From an uncultured Acidobacteriota bacterium (GTDB taxonomy: Bacteria; Acidobacteriota; UBA6911), in assembly GCA_963827655.1 (NCBI GenBank), contig CAWHCF010000022.1:64001-128000 (forward strand): DNA of 64,000 nt, read 5' to 3'. Position numbers and translations under genes: made by a program. Shown here one piece after another: positions 45,059-55,794 of this stretch. Each line of letters opens with the position of its first letter. The first letter of the stretch is position 1. Under the pieces are notes generated by a model. That model made no database searches and had not been told where the DNA came from. It saw nothing but the letters and a program-made list of their open reading frames with translations.

Positions 45059-46567
45059 TCACCAGGAACCTTCCTTGCGGCCGAGCCACCATATGACTCC
45101 GAGGGTGGCTGTATTCTGTTCCGACTTGCGGACGCCGGGAACTTCGGTCAAGAAGAACTCCTGGTTGGAAAAATCGCGTCTCCACTCCCCTCGCATCAAG
45201 AAGCCATCGGCCAGTTTGAAATCAGCGGTGAGCGTCGTCTCCTTCAAGGCCTGAGTCACGCCGCTGAACAGTCCGCCGCGATCGGACAGATACTCGGCGC
45301 GCGCTGCGAGAGCGAACCTGGGAGTGAATTGATAGCGCGCGTAAGCCGCGCCGCCCGTGACTCGAGTGGGCGACGAGAATTCCTCCACGCGATTGATAGC
45401 GTAGTCCGCTTCGAAAGCCAGGGTGAAATTGTCGGTCGCGTTGAAGGTCACGTAAGTATCGAGCACATGGAACCTGCCCCTGGACTCCGGCCGGATGACG
45501 TCGGTCGGCAGACCCGGCTGAGTCGGCAGGCTGGGGAAAGTGGGATTCAGAATGGCCACCACGTCACGCTGTTCGCGCCCGACGTAGTAGTTGATCTGCC
45601 AGGCGACCTTCTTGGACGGCGTCAATATCAACGAGACTTCCTGGGACTTGAAGCCGTTGAAGTCTTCCGACTGTTGAGTGCCGTTCACCAGCTGATACTG
45701 CACGGCAAATTTTTCGTTGAAGGGATATTTCGCCCGCAGGCCGAGATGATAGAACGGCAAAAAAGTGAAGAAGTAGGCGCGGGAATAGTTGAAATTGTCC
45801 CGCGTATAGTTGGTCTCGTAGCCGAGATTGGCCGCGAATTTGCCGAAATCAACCGTCAACCCGGAGCCGACCGGTGCGACATAGGTTCCGTAGGCTTGCC
45901 AGATGTTCCGGTATGCCTGGGGGCGCAACTCGTTCGCGGCGCTCCCCTGGGCGGCCTCGGTCGCCTGGCCGTACTGCAAGTCCAGGCGCAGTCCGAAGCG
46001 GCGGCCCGCTTCCACGTCGGGCGCGCGTTCGATAACAACCGCCGCCTGGTTGAGGCTGAAGCTATTGCTCGATACATCGTAGGCCCGAAGCAGATTGACG
46101 CGCCCTACGGGTTTATTGAAGTTGTATCCGTAGTAACCGTCGACCGTCAGGTTGATGGTCGTATCACGAAAGAAGTCGAGCACCGCGCGATCTTCCGTCG
46201 CCGCCTGCGGAGCCGTTGCAGCGCCGCCAGCCTGAACCGGCGCCGAAGTCGCCGGAGCCGGCTCGACCGCCGCCGGTTCTTTCGCGGCCGTATGAGACGG
46301 CTCGCCGCTGCCATTGCCTGCCGTTCGCGCCTCGAGCTCGGCCAGCCGCCGCTCCAACTGCTCGATGCGATCGACCAATGCACGCTCCCGTTCGTTCGTC
46401 TCGCCGGTTTTGGCCGCTGGACCCGACGCCTCCGCTTTGCCGGCAGCGACGCGCGCGCCATTCTCCCCCGGCTCCTTGCCGTTCGCCGCTTGCGCCCTGG
46501 CCGTCCCGCCCACGGTCGAGAACAAAGCCGCCGCAATCAGGATTCGGGTGACCAGATGAAGCTTCAC
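45059..46567 (-). CDS. Outer-membrane beta-barrel porin (BBP2/OmpL-like) heading the kdp operon; start uncertain
   Basis: Signal ..TVGGTARA-Q; coiled coil RIEQLERRLAELE; VDGYYGYNFNKP; DFGKF...GYE...NFNYSRAY. Confidence 0.75.
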   Translation of the reverse strand: MKLHLVTRILIAAALFSTVGGTARAQAANGKEPGENGARVAAGKAEASGPAAKTGETNERERALVDRIEQLERRLAELEARTAGNGSGEPSHTAAKEPAAVEPAPATSAPVQAGGAATAPQAATEDRAVLDFFRDTTINLTVDGYYGYNFNKPVGRVNLLRAYDVSSNSFSLNQAAVVIERAPDVEAGRRFGLRLDLQYGQATEAAQGSAANELRPQAYRNIWQAYGTYVAPVGSGLTVDFGKFAANLGYETNYTRDNFNYSRAYFFTFLPFYHLGLRAKYPFNEKFAVQYQLVNGTQQSEDFNGFKSQEVSLILTPSKKVAWQINYYVGREQRDVVAILNPTFPSLPTQPGLPTDVIRPESRGRFHVLDTYVTFNATDNFTLAFEADYAINRVEEFSSPTRVTGGAAYARYQFTPRFALAARAEYLSDRGGLFSGVTQALKETTLTADFKLADGFLMRGEWRRDFSNQEFFLTEVPGVRKSEQNTATLGVIWWLGRKEGSW

Positions 46568-47234
46568 TTTGCGCGGTGTCCGGGAGGTTCCAGCCGACAC
46601 CCCGTCTTTGTGCCGCGCGCGCCGCTTCAGACACGCGGGAAGAATGGCGAGTTGAGCCGCGAGGTGAGGGTGCATAGCAGTTCGGTGAATCGGAAGGCCT
46701 CCACCTGAAACACCCGTAATAGACGTTTGCGCCGAGACCTTGCCGGCTCGGCCCATCAGTGCCACGGCAGTGACAAACGGATTTTGAACGCGTTGATCGG
46801 CAACAGTTCTATTGAGCATTGCAGAATAACTCCCCTCTCTTCCAAGCGTGCGCCACGGACGACAAAAGAATTGTTTCAATTTGACACAAACTCCATCGAG
46901 GTCTGCGTAGGATCTGATACTGGCTCGCGAGCCAAAGTTACCATTCGCCGGAACTCTTACGACATCCGCAAGCCTCGGTCCCTGAAGTTCCTGAGCGGAA
47001 CCGTTCTGCCCGAGCCCCAGAAAAAAATCTCGAAAACGCAGCAGAAGATACGTAATGACAACCATAGAGTCCCATGCCCAGCAATTGTTCTTTCATCGCG
47101 TCCATCCTGAGCCGCCATTGTCTAGCGGCGTTTGGCGAAGCTTGCTACGCCATCCCGATCCGACGTCGAGGCCTGGAGCCTGTACCCGCCCTCGGCAGCA
47201 AGCTTGCGCACTCCACAGCGCACATTGCCCGAAT

Positions 47235-47312
47235 AGACTAGCAGAGGGGGCATAAGAGACGCGTAAGGTACGCATCAAGAATTCGTAAGGAAGGCGTTAG
47301 AAGTCTGTTAGG
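47235..47312 (-). promoter_or_regulatory. kdp promoter: six 11-bp-periodic direct repeats (putative KdpE sites) plus extended -10
   Basis: Units start at 47250, 47261, 47272, 47283, 47294, 47305 (gcataag, gcgtaag, gcatcaa, tcgtaag, gcgttag, ctgttag); minus-strand TGcTAGTCT. Confidence 0.7.
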
Positions 47313-47346
47313 CGGCGAGTGAGGATTGACAAGAGCGCAGCGCGAA

Positions 47347-47443
47347 GATTTCTTAGCGGCCATCGTGTCTTCGCGGTTAGTGCGACTGGACGAATCCCAG
47401 CGTCACTCAGCGACTCAGACGACTCGAAGAAACGCTAAGAATC
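47347..47443. repeat. Nonamer-family inverted-pair element
   Basis: agatttcttagcg...cgtgtcttcgcggtt facing ...cgaagaaacgctaagaatct. Confidence 0.65.
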
Positions 47444-48886
47444 TTAACCGAAGAGGTTCAGCAACGGTTGGCCTTTGACCAGCGGGCGAGGCTGATTGAG
47501 ATCGTTGAGAACTTCCATGGCTGGATCGACGCCCAGCGCATAGTAAACCGTCGCCAGCAGGTCGGTTGGGTGGACCGGGTTCTCCTTTGGCGCCGACCCC
47601 GTGTCGTCGGACATGCCATAACTCTCCCCTCGCTTGATTCCGGCGCCCGCAATCAGCGCGGTGTAGCAATAGGGCCAGTGATCCCTCCCGTCGGGAGCAT
47701 TGGTGTTTCCCGAGGTGCTGACCCCGAGTCGCGGAGAGCGACCAAACTCGCCCACCGCAACCACCAGGGTTTCGTCAAGCAGACGGCGCTCCTCGAGGTC
47801 CTCCAATAAAGCCGAAAGGGTCCGATCGAGGATGGGGCAGTGGAGATTTTTCAGGGGTCCGAAATTGGCGGCGTGAGTATCGAACGCGTCGACCTCCGGA
47901 TTTCCGTTGGCGACGGCCGGCCAGTTCAGCTGGACCAGGCGCGTCCCTGCTTCCACCAACCGGCGCGCGAGGAGAGCGCCCTGGCCGAACGTCGTGCGGC
48001 CGTATCGCTCGCGCATCGCGGCAGGCTCGCGCTCGAGATCAAAGGCGTCGCGGGCCTTGCCTGAAAGCACGAGATCGTAGGCTTTAGCGTAATACTCGTC
48101 TACTGCGGTGGAGCTGACGGCCTTTTCCAGGTCCTTCATCGAACCGTTAATCCCCTTCAAGAGTTCGTAACGCTCTTTCAATCGCGCCTCGCCGACATCC
48201 GAGCGCAGCGAAAGATCGTCGGTCCTGATGGGCTTGTTTGGATCCTGGTAGAGGCGATACGGATCGTAGGCCTTTCCTAGAAACCCGGCGGCGCCACCCT
48301 TTCCGATGACATTGCTCTCTTGCAGCGGGCGCGGCATTTCAACGAAGGGGATCATTGGAACCGTGGGAGGCTTCAGCTTGGCGATCTGCGATCCTGCATT
48401 GGGAAAATCCCTGGGCGACGGGGGCTCGAGCTGGCCGGAGGGAGAGACTCGGTCGGGTGGGTAACCTGTCAGCATCTGGTAAATCGCAGCCGTGTGATTG
48501 AAGAGTCCCTCGGGGGTGTAGCTCATCGACCGGATGAGCGTGCACTTGTCCAGTTGTTGCGCCAGCATTGGCATGGTTTCACTGACATACACACCCGAGA
48601 TTTTCGTCTTTATAGGCTTGAATTCGCCCCGGATGTTCGTCGGGGCATCAGGCTTCGGGTCCCAGATGTCCAGGTGGCTTGGCCCCCCTTGCAGAAAAAG
48701 CAGGATGACGGATTTCGCCTGTCCGAAACCCTTCTGCTTTCGCGTTCCATCCGCGGCGGGGTGTTCTTGAAACGCAAACAACTGCGGCAAGCTCATCCCG
48801 AAAACCGCGGAACTTCCTACGCGCAGGAACTCGCGCCGCGTGGTGCCATCACACAACCTGCCGACCTTGCCTGGAATGACTAACAT
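47444..48886 (-). CDS. DUF1501 domain protein
   Basis: TRREFLR; AKSVILLFLQGGPSHLDIWDPKP; GEFGRSP; GRDHWP. Confidence 0.9.
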   Translation of the reverse strand: MLVIPGKVGRLCDGTTRREFLRVGSSAVFGMSLPQLFAFQEHPAADGTRKQKGFGQAKSVILLFLQGGPSHLDIWDPKPDAPTNIRGEFKPIKTKISGVYVSETMPMLAQQLDKCTLIRSMSYTPEGLFNHTAAIYQMLTGYPPDRVSPSGQLEPPSPRDFPNAGSQIAKLKPPTVPMIPFVEMPRPLQESNVIGKGGAAGFLGKAYDPYRLYQDPNKPIRTDDLSLRSDVGEARLKERYELLKGINGSMKDLEKAVSSTAVDEYYAKAYDLVLSGKARDAFDLEREPAAMRERYGRTTFGQGALLARRLVEAGTRLVQLNWPAVANGNPEVDAFDTHAANFGPLKNLHCPILDRTLSALLEDLEERRLLDETLVVAVGEFGRSPRLGVSTSGNTNAPDGRDHWPYCYTALIAGAGIKRGESYGMSDDTGSAPKENPVHPTDLLATVYYALGVDPAMEVLNDLNQPRPLVKGQPLLNLFG

Positions 48887-48943
48887 GGTTTCTCCCTCAC
48901 GAGAAATGCAGAAAAGAATGAACCAGGAAGCCGCAAAGGGTCC

Positions 48944-51412
48944 TCACCGATTGAACAAGAAGGCGTGACTGTTTAAAAGGGCCCAGAGAAGATCCTGTGC
49001 GCGTTCGGTGCGATTGTTCCCGGCCTTCAGATGCTTGATCGAGGATGCGAGCTCGTTCTCATCCGGCGGCCGGCTCAGCGTTGCCAGATAGAGGCTCTCG
49101 ACAATCTTCTGGTCGCTGGCTCCGGAAAGAATCAGCCGGGCGACCCGTCCGTCGGGATCGGCGAGGGCATCGGCCACCACTCCCCCGTTGACCAGATTGA
49201 GCGCCTGAGCCAGGCTGATATCGCCGCGACGCTCGCATTCGCAGGACGACTCGCGGGCAGGCCGGCCAAAGAGATCCAGAAACCCTCCTACTCCAACCCT
49301 GGAGTCTGGCAGCTGCTGCGCGCTATATCCTTTGGGGACTCCTTCGAAATCCGTGCTGCTGCCGGTTGCCAGACTTACGGCATCGAGCAATTCCTCGGCC
49401 GAGAGACGGCGCGGACGCTGGTGAGCAAAGTTCGCTTCGTCGTCTTCGTTCCATTCATTCGAGCGATAGCTCGTCTGGTAAATCCGGGAGGACGTGATCC
49501 GGCGCATCAGATGCTTCAGGTCCATTCGATTCCGCTTGAGATCACCAGCAAGCGCGGCGAGTAACGCAGGATTAGTGGGCGGATTGCTTGGGCGCAAATC
49601 GTCTACCGGCTCGATGATTCCTCGCGCGAAGAAGTAGCTCCAGATTCGGTTTGCAATGGCGAACGCGAAATAGGGATTGTCTTTAGAGGTCAGCCAGGCG
49701 GCAAACTGTTCGCGGCGATTCTTCTCCGTGTCGACCTGATCAGGACCGGCAAACGGGAATTTAGCCGGCACCGTGTAACCGTACTTGGGATGACGAATCT
49801 CATAGGCCTGGCGCTTCTCGTAAACAATCTCCTCGTCGCTCTGCGCTCCCTCCTTCAGGGTCACACCGCCGAAGAATGCCGTCATCTCGTAATAGTTGCG
49901 CTGGGTCCACGGCTCGAACGGATGATCGTGACAGTTAGCGCACATCATGCGCACGCCGAGAAAGAGCTGTGACGCCGTCTCCATCATCGCCTTCGGTTCA
50001 CGGGTCGCCCTGAAGAAATTGCTGGGCGGGTTATCATGAGTGCTGCCGTTTGCGACCACGATCTCCCGGACAAACTGATCGTAGGGCTTGTTTTCAGCAA
50101 TGGATTGGCGGATCCAGTTCCGGTAGCTCCACAAACCCTTTTCGCCCAGAAAACGGCGATTGCTGAGCAACAGGTCTCCCCACTTCAACGACCAATGATC
50201 GACATACTCGGGCGATGCAAGCAACTTGTCGATCAGCCTGCCCCGCTTGATCTGCGACTCGGTCGGATCCTCGAGGAAAGCCCGGACATCTTCCGGACGA
50301 GGGAGAAGCCCGATCAGGTCGAGGGAAACGCGACGCATGAACTCGGCGTCGGTGCTAATGCTCGATGGAAGCACTTTAAGGCGCTTCAGTTTCTCATCTA
50401 CCAGCCTGTCGATGTAGTTGTGCTGAGGAAGCTGCGTCCACTTGAACCCTGGTTTTTCGGTTACCGCGGTGAGAGGAACTGAAATCGACTGTCCCTGGTA
50501 CCGCACCTGTATCGTTGTTTCGCCTTTTCGAAGCGACTTCACCACGCCGGTGTCGGAAACTTCGGCCACCGACGGGGTGCCCGACACGTAGACCGATTCG
50601 GCGGTCACGTCGCGTTGCGAGCCATCGGGATAGTGCGCCAGAGCCAGCACCTGCTGGGTCAATCCCGGTTTGTTCATGAAAATCTCCGGCGGCACAACGT
50701 TCAGCTTTACGACCATGCCCTCCTTTTCGTCGGCATAGGAGACTCCCTGGCGGATCCACTCCAGCAGAGTCTTGTAGTAGCGCGAACCAGCCGCGAAACG
50801 GAGACCGCCGCCGTGCGCGACACCCATGGTCGGTTTCAGAAGCATGAGCGAATCCTCCGGAACGGCGCGGTTAAAGCGTCTTCCGGACAGGTCGTGAATC
50901 AGAGCGGCATAGTCGAAGCCAGGATCGTAGCCGCGCAGCGAAAGCTTGAAACCATTTTTCCCTTTCGCTCCGCCGTGACAGGCGCCGCTGTTGCAACCCG
51001 CTTTGCCCAGGATCGGCATAACGTCCTTGACGAACCCGACAGGACGGGCGCGCGAGAACCCCTGGACCGTGACATCGAAATGCGTCGTGATTCCTTCAGC
51101 CTCGACCTCTACCGTGCCCTGGCCATCCTTGAGCGGATGGATCAGTCCGGCTTCATCGATTTTCACCACGTCGCTGGTCGTCTTCAACTTTGCGACCGGG
51201 GTCAGGTCAACCATGCGGCCATCCGGCTGTTTTTTCGAAATCAAGACCCGACGCGTCTCGCGAGGATCGGAGATCACGACGGGAAGGGGGGTAATCTCCA
51301 GCACCGGTTTCGAAATCGAGCGCGGCGCCGGTGTCTTCGCGCTCACCCAAGGAGCCGAAACCCAGATCATCAAACCTGTTATGCACAACCCTCGTAGAAT
51401 CCGCATTGGCAT
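48944..51412 (-). CDS. DUF1549/DUF1553 protein with Big_2-like domains
   Basis: GCNSGACHG; LSLRGYDP; RRVSLDLIG; CANCHDHPFE; NRIWSYFFARG; CECER. Confidence 0.88.
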   Translation of the reverse strand: MPMRILRGLCITGLMIWVSAPWVSAKTPAPRSISKPVLEITPLPVVISDPRETRRVLISKKQPDGRMVDLTPVAKLKTTSDVVKIDEAGLIHPLKDGQGTVEVEAEGITTHFDVTVQGFSRARPVGFVKDVMPILGKAGCNSGACHGGAKGKNGFKLSLRGYDPGFDYAALIHDLSGRRFNRAVPEDSLMLLKPTMGVAHGGGLRFAAGSRYYKTLLEWIRQGVSYADEKEGMVVKLNVVPPEIFMNKPGLTQQVLALAHYPDGSQRDVTAESVYVSGTPSVAEVSDTGVVKSLRKGETTIQVRYQGQSISVPLTAVTEKPGFKWTQLPQHNYIDRLVDEKLKRLKVLPSSISTDAEFMRRVSLDLIGLLPRPEDVRAFLEDPTESQIKRGRLIDKLLASPEYVDHWSLKWGDLLLSNRRFLGEKGLWSYRNWIRQSIAENKPYDQFVREIVVANGSTHDNPPSNFFRATREPKAMMETASQLFLGVRMMCANCHDHPFEPWTQRNYYEMTAFFGGVTLKEGAQSDEEIVYEKRQAYEIRHPKYGYTVPAKFPFAGPDQVDTEKNRREQFAAWLTSKDNPYFAFAIANRIWSYFFARGIIEPVDDLRPSNPPTNPALLAALAGDLKRNRMDLKHLMRRITSSRIYQTSYRSNEWNEDDEANFAHQRPRRLSAEELLDAVSLATGSSTDFEGVPKGYSAQQLPDSRVGVGGFLDLFGRPARESSCECERRGDISLAQALNLVNGGVVADALADPDGRVARLILSGASDQKIVESLYLATLSRPPDENELASSIKHLKAGNNRTERAQDLLWALLNSHAFLFNR

Positions 51413-51455
51413 CTTTTTACCACGAAGACACGAAGGTGCGAAGAAACGCAACCAG

Positions 51456-53874
51456 TCAATCGTTGCTGGTCCGCGCTATTCTCAATCGCAACTTCACGTC
51501 GGGAATGGTGTAGTCCTTATTGTCCTTACGGCCTTCCATCTGGGCCGTCGCCACAAGGCGCACTTCATGCTCTCCTGGCTGTGCCGCCGGATCGGCCTGA
51601 AACTCAAGTCCTGAACGCCGATTCGCCGGGCGGGACGTCAACCGGCGCGCTCGTGACGTGCAGGGGGAGATCTTCCACCTTGAGGTGCACCGCCTCTTGA
51701 AATGGAGACTGGCGATGAATCTTTCCCTCGAGCACGAACTTGCCACCGCTCGCGAGCTGGATCCCTGGCTCCGGTATGACCAGCGCAAACGCTCGCACCA
51801 GTTCCACGGTAATGCAGGGAGAGACGACTCGCACCTCCCGGCCGCCCAGGTCCGCGCGCGCGACCATGACCATATCGAACCGGCCAATCTGGCTGTTGAA
51901 GGTCGAGGAGAGTTGCACGGGCGCCGAATTAGTCTTGGCATCCACGGCAGCTCCCTTGATGCTCACATCCAGACCGAGGGGCTGCATTCCCTCGATGCGG
52001 ATCGGGGCGTTCAGGGGAACGTTGCTGCGCACCTTCACCGGGAAATCTTGCTTCAGCCCCTGTACCAGCTTGATGGCGCGCTCCTCCAGCTCAAACGCAA
52101 TCGGCGGTGGACCCGCGACGCCGGCGGGAAGCTGCATTCCAAGCCACCTTGCCACATATGGCCTCTGAGTTGCCGCGCTCCCGCCCCCGACTTCTCTTCT
52201 TGCGCCCTTTACGGCAGTAACGAGGCCAGGACCGACCGCTCGACGACGGATTGGTTCCTGGCTCGAGGAGACCCCCTCTCCCCAGACTTCCAGATCAACG
52301 GTCGAGACAGCCGCGTTCGCCTTGGCGGTGGCTACGATCAACCCCTCTCTCGCGTTAGCGGGAATGTGCCCACCTTCGGTTGTGATTTCACCTCCTGCGC
52401 CGGTTACGCTGAGCTGGATCGGCCCACCGTAGGTATCGCGGATGACGCGCACAGATATCGCCGCGCTTCCTCCCGCGGGGATGTTAATGAACGGCGCAAC
52501 CAGCTCCAGGGAAAACTCTTCAATCTTCCGCGTGGCGCGCAGCCGGTAGCCATAAGCCGGGCCGCCGCGGTTGTTGATGTCTTCCACCGAAAGAGTTAAC
52601 TCTTCGATCTTTTCAGGCACCGTGAAAAGCAATTTCGGATCAACTCCCTTTTCACGTGGCACAAACGAGAACCCGGTCTGAAGCAGACTCGCTGCATCCA
52701 CCGCCGACGCGAGATGTTTCATTGCGTTGTCGGATACGCCCAGGTATGCTCCCAGCCGAGACGTTCCCAACCCGGCGGCCTGGATCTCAAAAAGCCACTT
52801 CTCTCCAGGCTTGACCGCGAGGCGATAGAGATCCTTCTCGCCCGGCTTCGAAATCCTTCCGTTCACGATGGTGTCGCCCGTCAGATTCGCCGGAGCACCA
52901 GACTCCGGTTCCTGAATCTCCGGCAGGTCTCCCAGGACGAACGGGAGCGGCAAACTTCCTTGCTCCTTCGCGGCAGGGAGGTTGATCATGGCCACTTCAT
53001 GAGACGGCGGATATTTCAAAGAGGCGCGCACAACGACCGGCTTCGGCAGGTTGCCGCCTTGAAGAGTCACGTCGACATCTTTTCCACGCTCGCCGCCCAA
53101 AGGGAAAATGCTTTCCGCGAAGAGGTAGTTTCCAATCTTGAGCCGGTAGAAGTTTTGCTCCTGGTCGCTGAATCGACTGTCGTGAACAACGACGCGATAC
53201 TCGCCCGCTCGCGGAAACTTCATTTCGACGCGTGAGTCGACACCGATGCCCGGCGCGTCGTCGTTGAACGCCAGCTCGCGGCCGTTGCTGTCAAGAATGC
53301 GAATCACCGGATCGATGGCAGAGGCCATGCGCCGGGCTTCGACTTCGAATACCAGGTTCTGACCCGCGGCGGCCGAGAATTTGAAAGCGTCCTGTTCGCC
53401 GGCTTTCAACGAGCTGCTGATGACCACCGGAGGCGTTACACTCCGGATTCTGTCTTTCACGTCCTGGTCATCTTCGGTTTTCTTGATCTCGATTTCTGGA
53501 AAGTCGCCCACGCTGAAGAGCATGACGTTCGAAATTCCTTCTCGAGTCCTCAGTCGAACGGGATAGTGAGCCAGGGGAGCATCGGCACGCAGTTCAATAA
53601 GAAACGGAAGCTCGGTTTCCGGAGTCTTCAGATCCCGTGAGGGCCCGAGGCGCGAAATCGTTGCGGGAAGCGTGGTGATCAACTCGGAACCCGCGGTCAA
53701 CTCCTGGCCGACGAGCGTCAAAGTAAAGGTGGTTCCCCGCTGAGCCCCGAACGGACGCAGAGTCTTGAGACTCGGAGCCGCTTGTACAAAACCAACCGCA
53801 AGTACCCAAAGGCACAGAGACAACATTCGGGCGACCTGACGTTTTCGATGAACCTGCATCAAAGCAGCACCCAT
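51456..53874 (-). CDS. PPC (pre-peptidase C-terminal) domain protein; apparent frameshift near 51610; start uncertain
   Basis: PFGAQRGT; DPVIRILDSNGRELAFNDD; NGRISKPGEKDLY. Confidence 0.75.
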
Positions 53875-53878
53875 GACG

Positions 53879-55270
53879 TCACCTGGAGGAAGCAGAGCCC
53901 GCGGCAATAGGAACCGGGACAAAGTCCTTAAGTAGATCCTGAGACTTTATATCGTAAATACGCACCAAACCGTCGAATCCAGCCGCAGCGAGCTGGGTTC
54001 CGGCAGGATGGAAATCCAGAGCATAGATCCCGCCTTTGTGACCCTTCAGTGTGGCTACTTTTGCGGCATTTTCAACCAGATAGATATTTATTTCGTCGCC
54101 CATACCGGCGACGGCGACCCGCAATCCGTCCGGACTGAAGCGCGCGCACTGGACGGGACCGGCTTGAATCGGGAACTCGCGCAAGAGACAGGAATCGTCG
54201 TCGATTTTCATTGCCCTCGGACGATGCATGGTATACATGCGCGGCGTCCGATCATCACCGGCGGCGACTACGACGTCGGATTTAGGATGGCGCGCCACGC
54301 AATAGAGTTCCCCATGGCCACCAAAGGTGGCTTTGGTCAACAGATTCAAGTTCTCCAGAAAAGAACCGGTCGCCACCTCCGATAGTTTGACGAAATGGTC
54401 GCGGCTAACGGAGACCAGTCGTTTCCCATCTACGGAAAAGACTGTTCCAAAGACCCAGTCTTCATGGCTTTCGATCTTCCTGACCGCTTCGCCGCTCCCG
54501 GCGTCAAAGATCCGCACCGTCTTGTCCGGACACCCCACGGCAAGATACTTGTCGTCGGGTGAAAAGGTAACGCTCAGGAGCGTGTCCGAACCGAGTTTGA
54601 TCGAACGAAGCTGCTTCGCATTGCCGACGTCCCAGAACTGTACCTCGCCGAAGCGAGCCGGAGAGCCTCCCACGGCAACCAGAATCTTGCCGTCCTTTGA
54701 GAAAGCCAGCGATTGAATGCGTTCGGCGCGGCCCACAAGGCGGCCGGCAATGCCGGAGCCATCCGTCCGGTGAAGGAGAATCTCGTGATTGCCCGAGACC
54801 GCCAGGATCGCCCCGTCAGGCGAATACGCCAGCGCCGTGATGACCGGCGACGCCTGGTAGACCGGAACCGAGGTCGGGATAGGATCACCATCGCCGCTCG
54901 CGCTGTCGTCTTTGCCTCCTTCGAGGATCCAGCGGCGGAAGAGCTCGATTTCAGCGGCTGCGAGCGGATCCATGCCCATCGGCATACGCGGTTCGAGCGC
55001 GCCGCTGAGGTGTTTGATCACGACGCTTTCATCCGGCTTTCCTGGAACAAAGGAGGGTCCCTTGCGTCCGCCTTTCTTGAAGTCGGAAAACGAAGTCGCC
55101 AGCATTCCACCGCTGCGCAGGCTGGGCAGGTGACAACCCTGGCACTTGGCGGTCAGGATGGGAAAGATCTGCTTGGCAAAACTCGCTTCGTCTTGAGCTG
55201 TAGCAACGGCCAAGGCGACCGTTGGAATGCAGACGACCGGCAAGAGAAATTGAAGAAACCTGGGAGGCAT
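53879..55270 (-). CDS. Planctomycete cytochrome c domain + WD40 propeller protein
   Basis: Signal; KCQGCH...RMP...RRWI; WD repeats ALAYSPDG, GHKGG..DGLVRIYD. Confidence 0.88.
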   Translation of the reverse strand: MPPRFLQFLLPVVCIPTVALAVATAQDEASFAKQIFPILTAKCQGCHLPSLRSGGMLATSFSDFKKGGRKGPSFVPGKPDESVVIKHLSGALEPRMPMGMDPLAAAEIELFRRWILEGGKDDSASGDGDPIPTSVPVYQASPVITALAYSPDGAILAVSGNHEILLHRTDGSGIAGRLVGRAERIQSLAFSKDGKILVAVGGSPARFGEVQFWDVGNAKQLRSIKLGSDTLLSVTFSPDDKYLAVGCPDKTVRIFDAGSGEAVRKIESHEDWVFGTVFSVDGKRLVSVSRDHFVKLSEVATGSFLENLNLLTKATFGGHGELYCVARHPKSDVVVAAGDDRTPRMYTMHRPRAMKIDDDSCLLREFPIQAGPVQCARFSPDGLRVAVAGMGDEINIYLVENAAKVATLKGHKGGIYALDFHPAGTQLAAAGFDGLVRIYDIKSQDLLKDFVPVPIAAGSASSR

Positions 55271-55603
55271 CGAAACCCGAACGCTGACAGTTTATCGACT
55301 GCAAAAAGTACGTCTATGTATAAGTCATTTCTCGTTAACTGTCAACAATTCCGGGCGAGCGAAATGGTTCCGGAGGGGCCGCAATCGACGACGATTCTTG
55401 GTGCCCCGAGCGCATGGCGAGCACGTTCCCTCAATATCGCTCTCTCGCAATTGATTGTATTGAAGGACGACATGCAAAATAGTGATAGGATTCGCGCCCC
55501 GATAGTGTACCAGTGAATTCGTCCAGTCGACCAAAGAGCTTGCGTGCAATGAGATCAGTCACTCGATGTCAACCAGACGGGGCGAACGACGCCACACCGC
55601 GTG

Positions 55604-55619
55604 GTTTACCCGGGTAAAC
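55604..55619. promoter_or_regulatory. Perfect 16-bp palindrome, candidate operator
   Basis: gtttacccgggtaaac in a divergent intergenic region. Confidence 0.4.
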
Positions 55620-55794
55620 GTGCAAGCATCTGCTGCAGGTTTTTGCTTGCGCCTGTGAGCCACCCGCGATAGAAACACTTTTACGTTCGATGAAATCCGC
55701 ACGCCTCGCCAAACGGGTGACTGGCCACCGCCGATCGACGTGAACGGAGCGCCGATGCCGGTCATCTGAACTTGACCCCGCAGCTCGGACGCTG

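Noticed and set aside
46568-47065. 166-aa N-terminal extension of the porin, or an extra gene
   Set aside because: Signal peptide starts near 46567; the extension looks non-protein-like. A small gene cannot be excluded.
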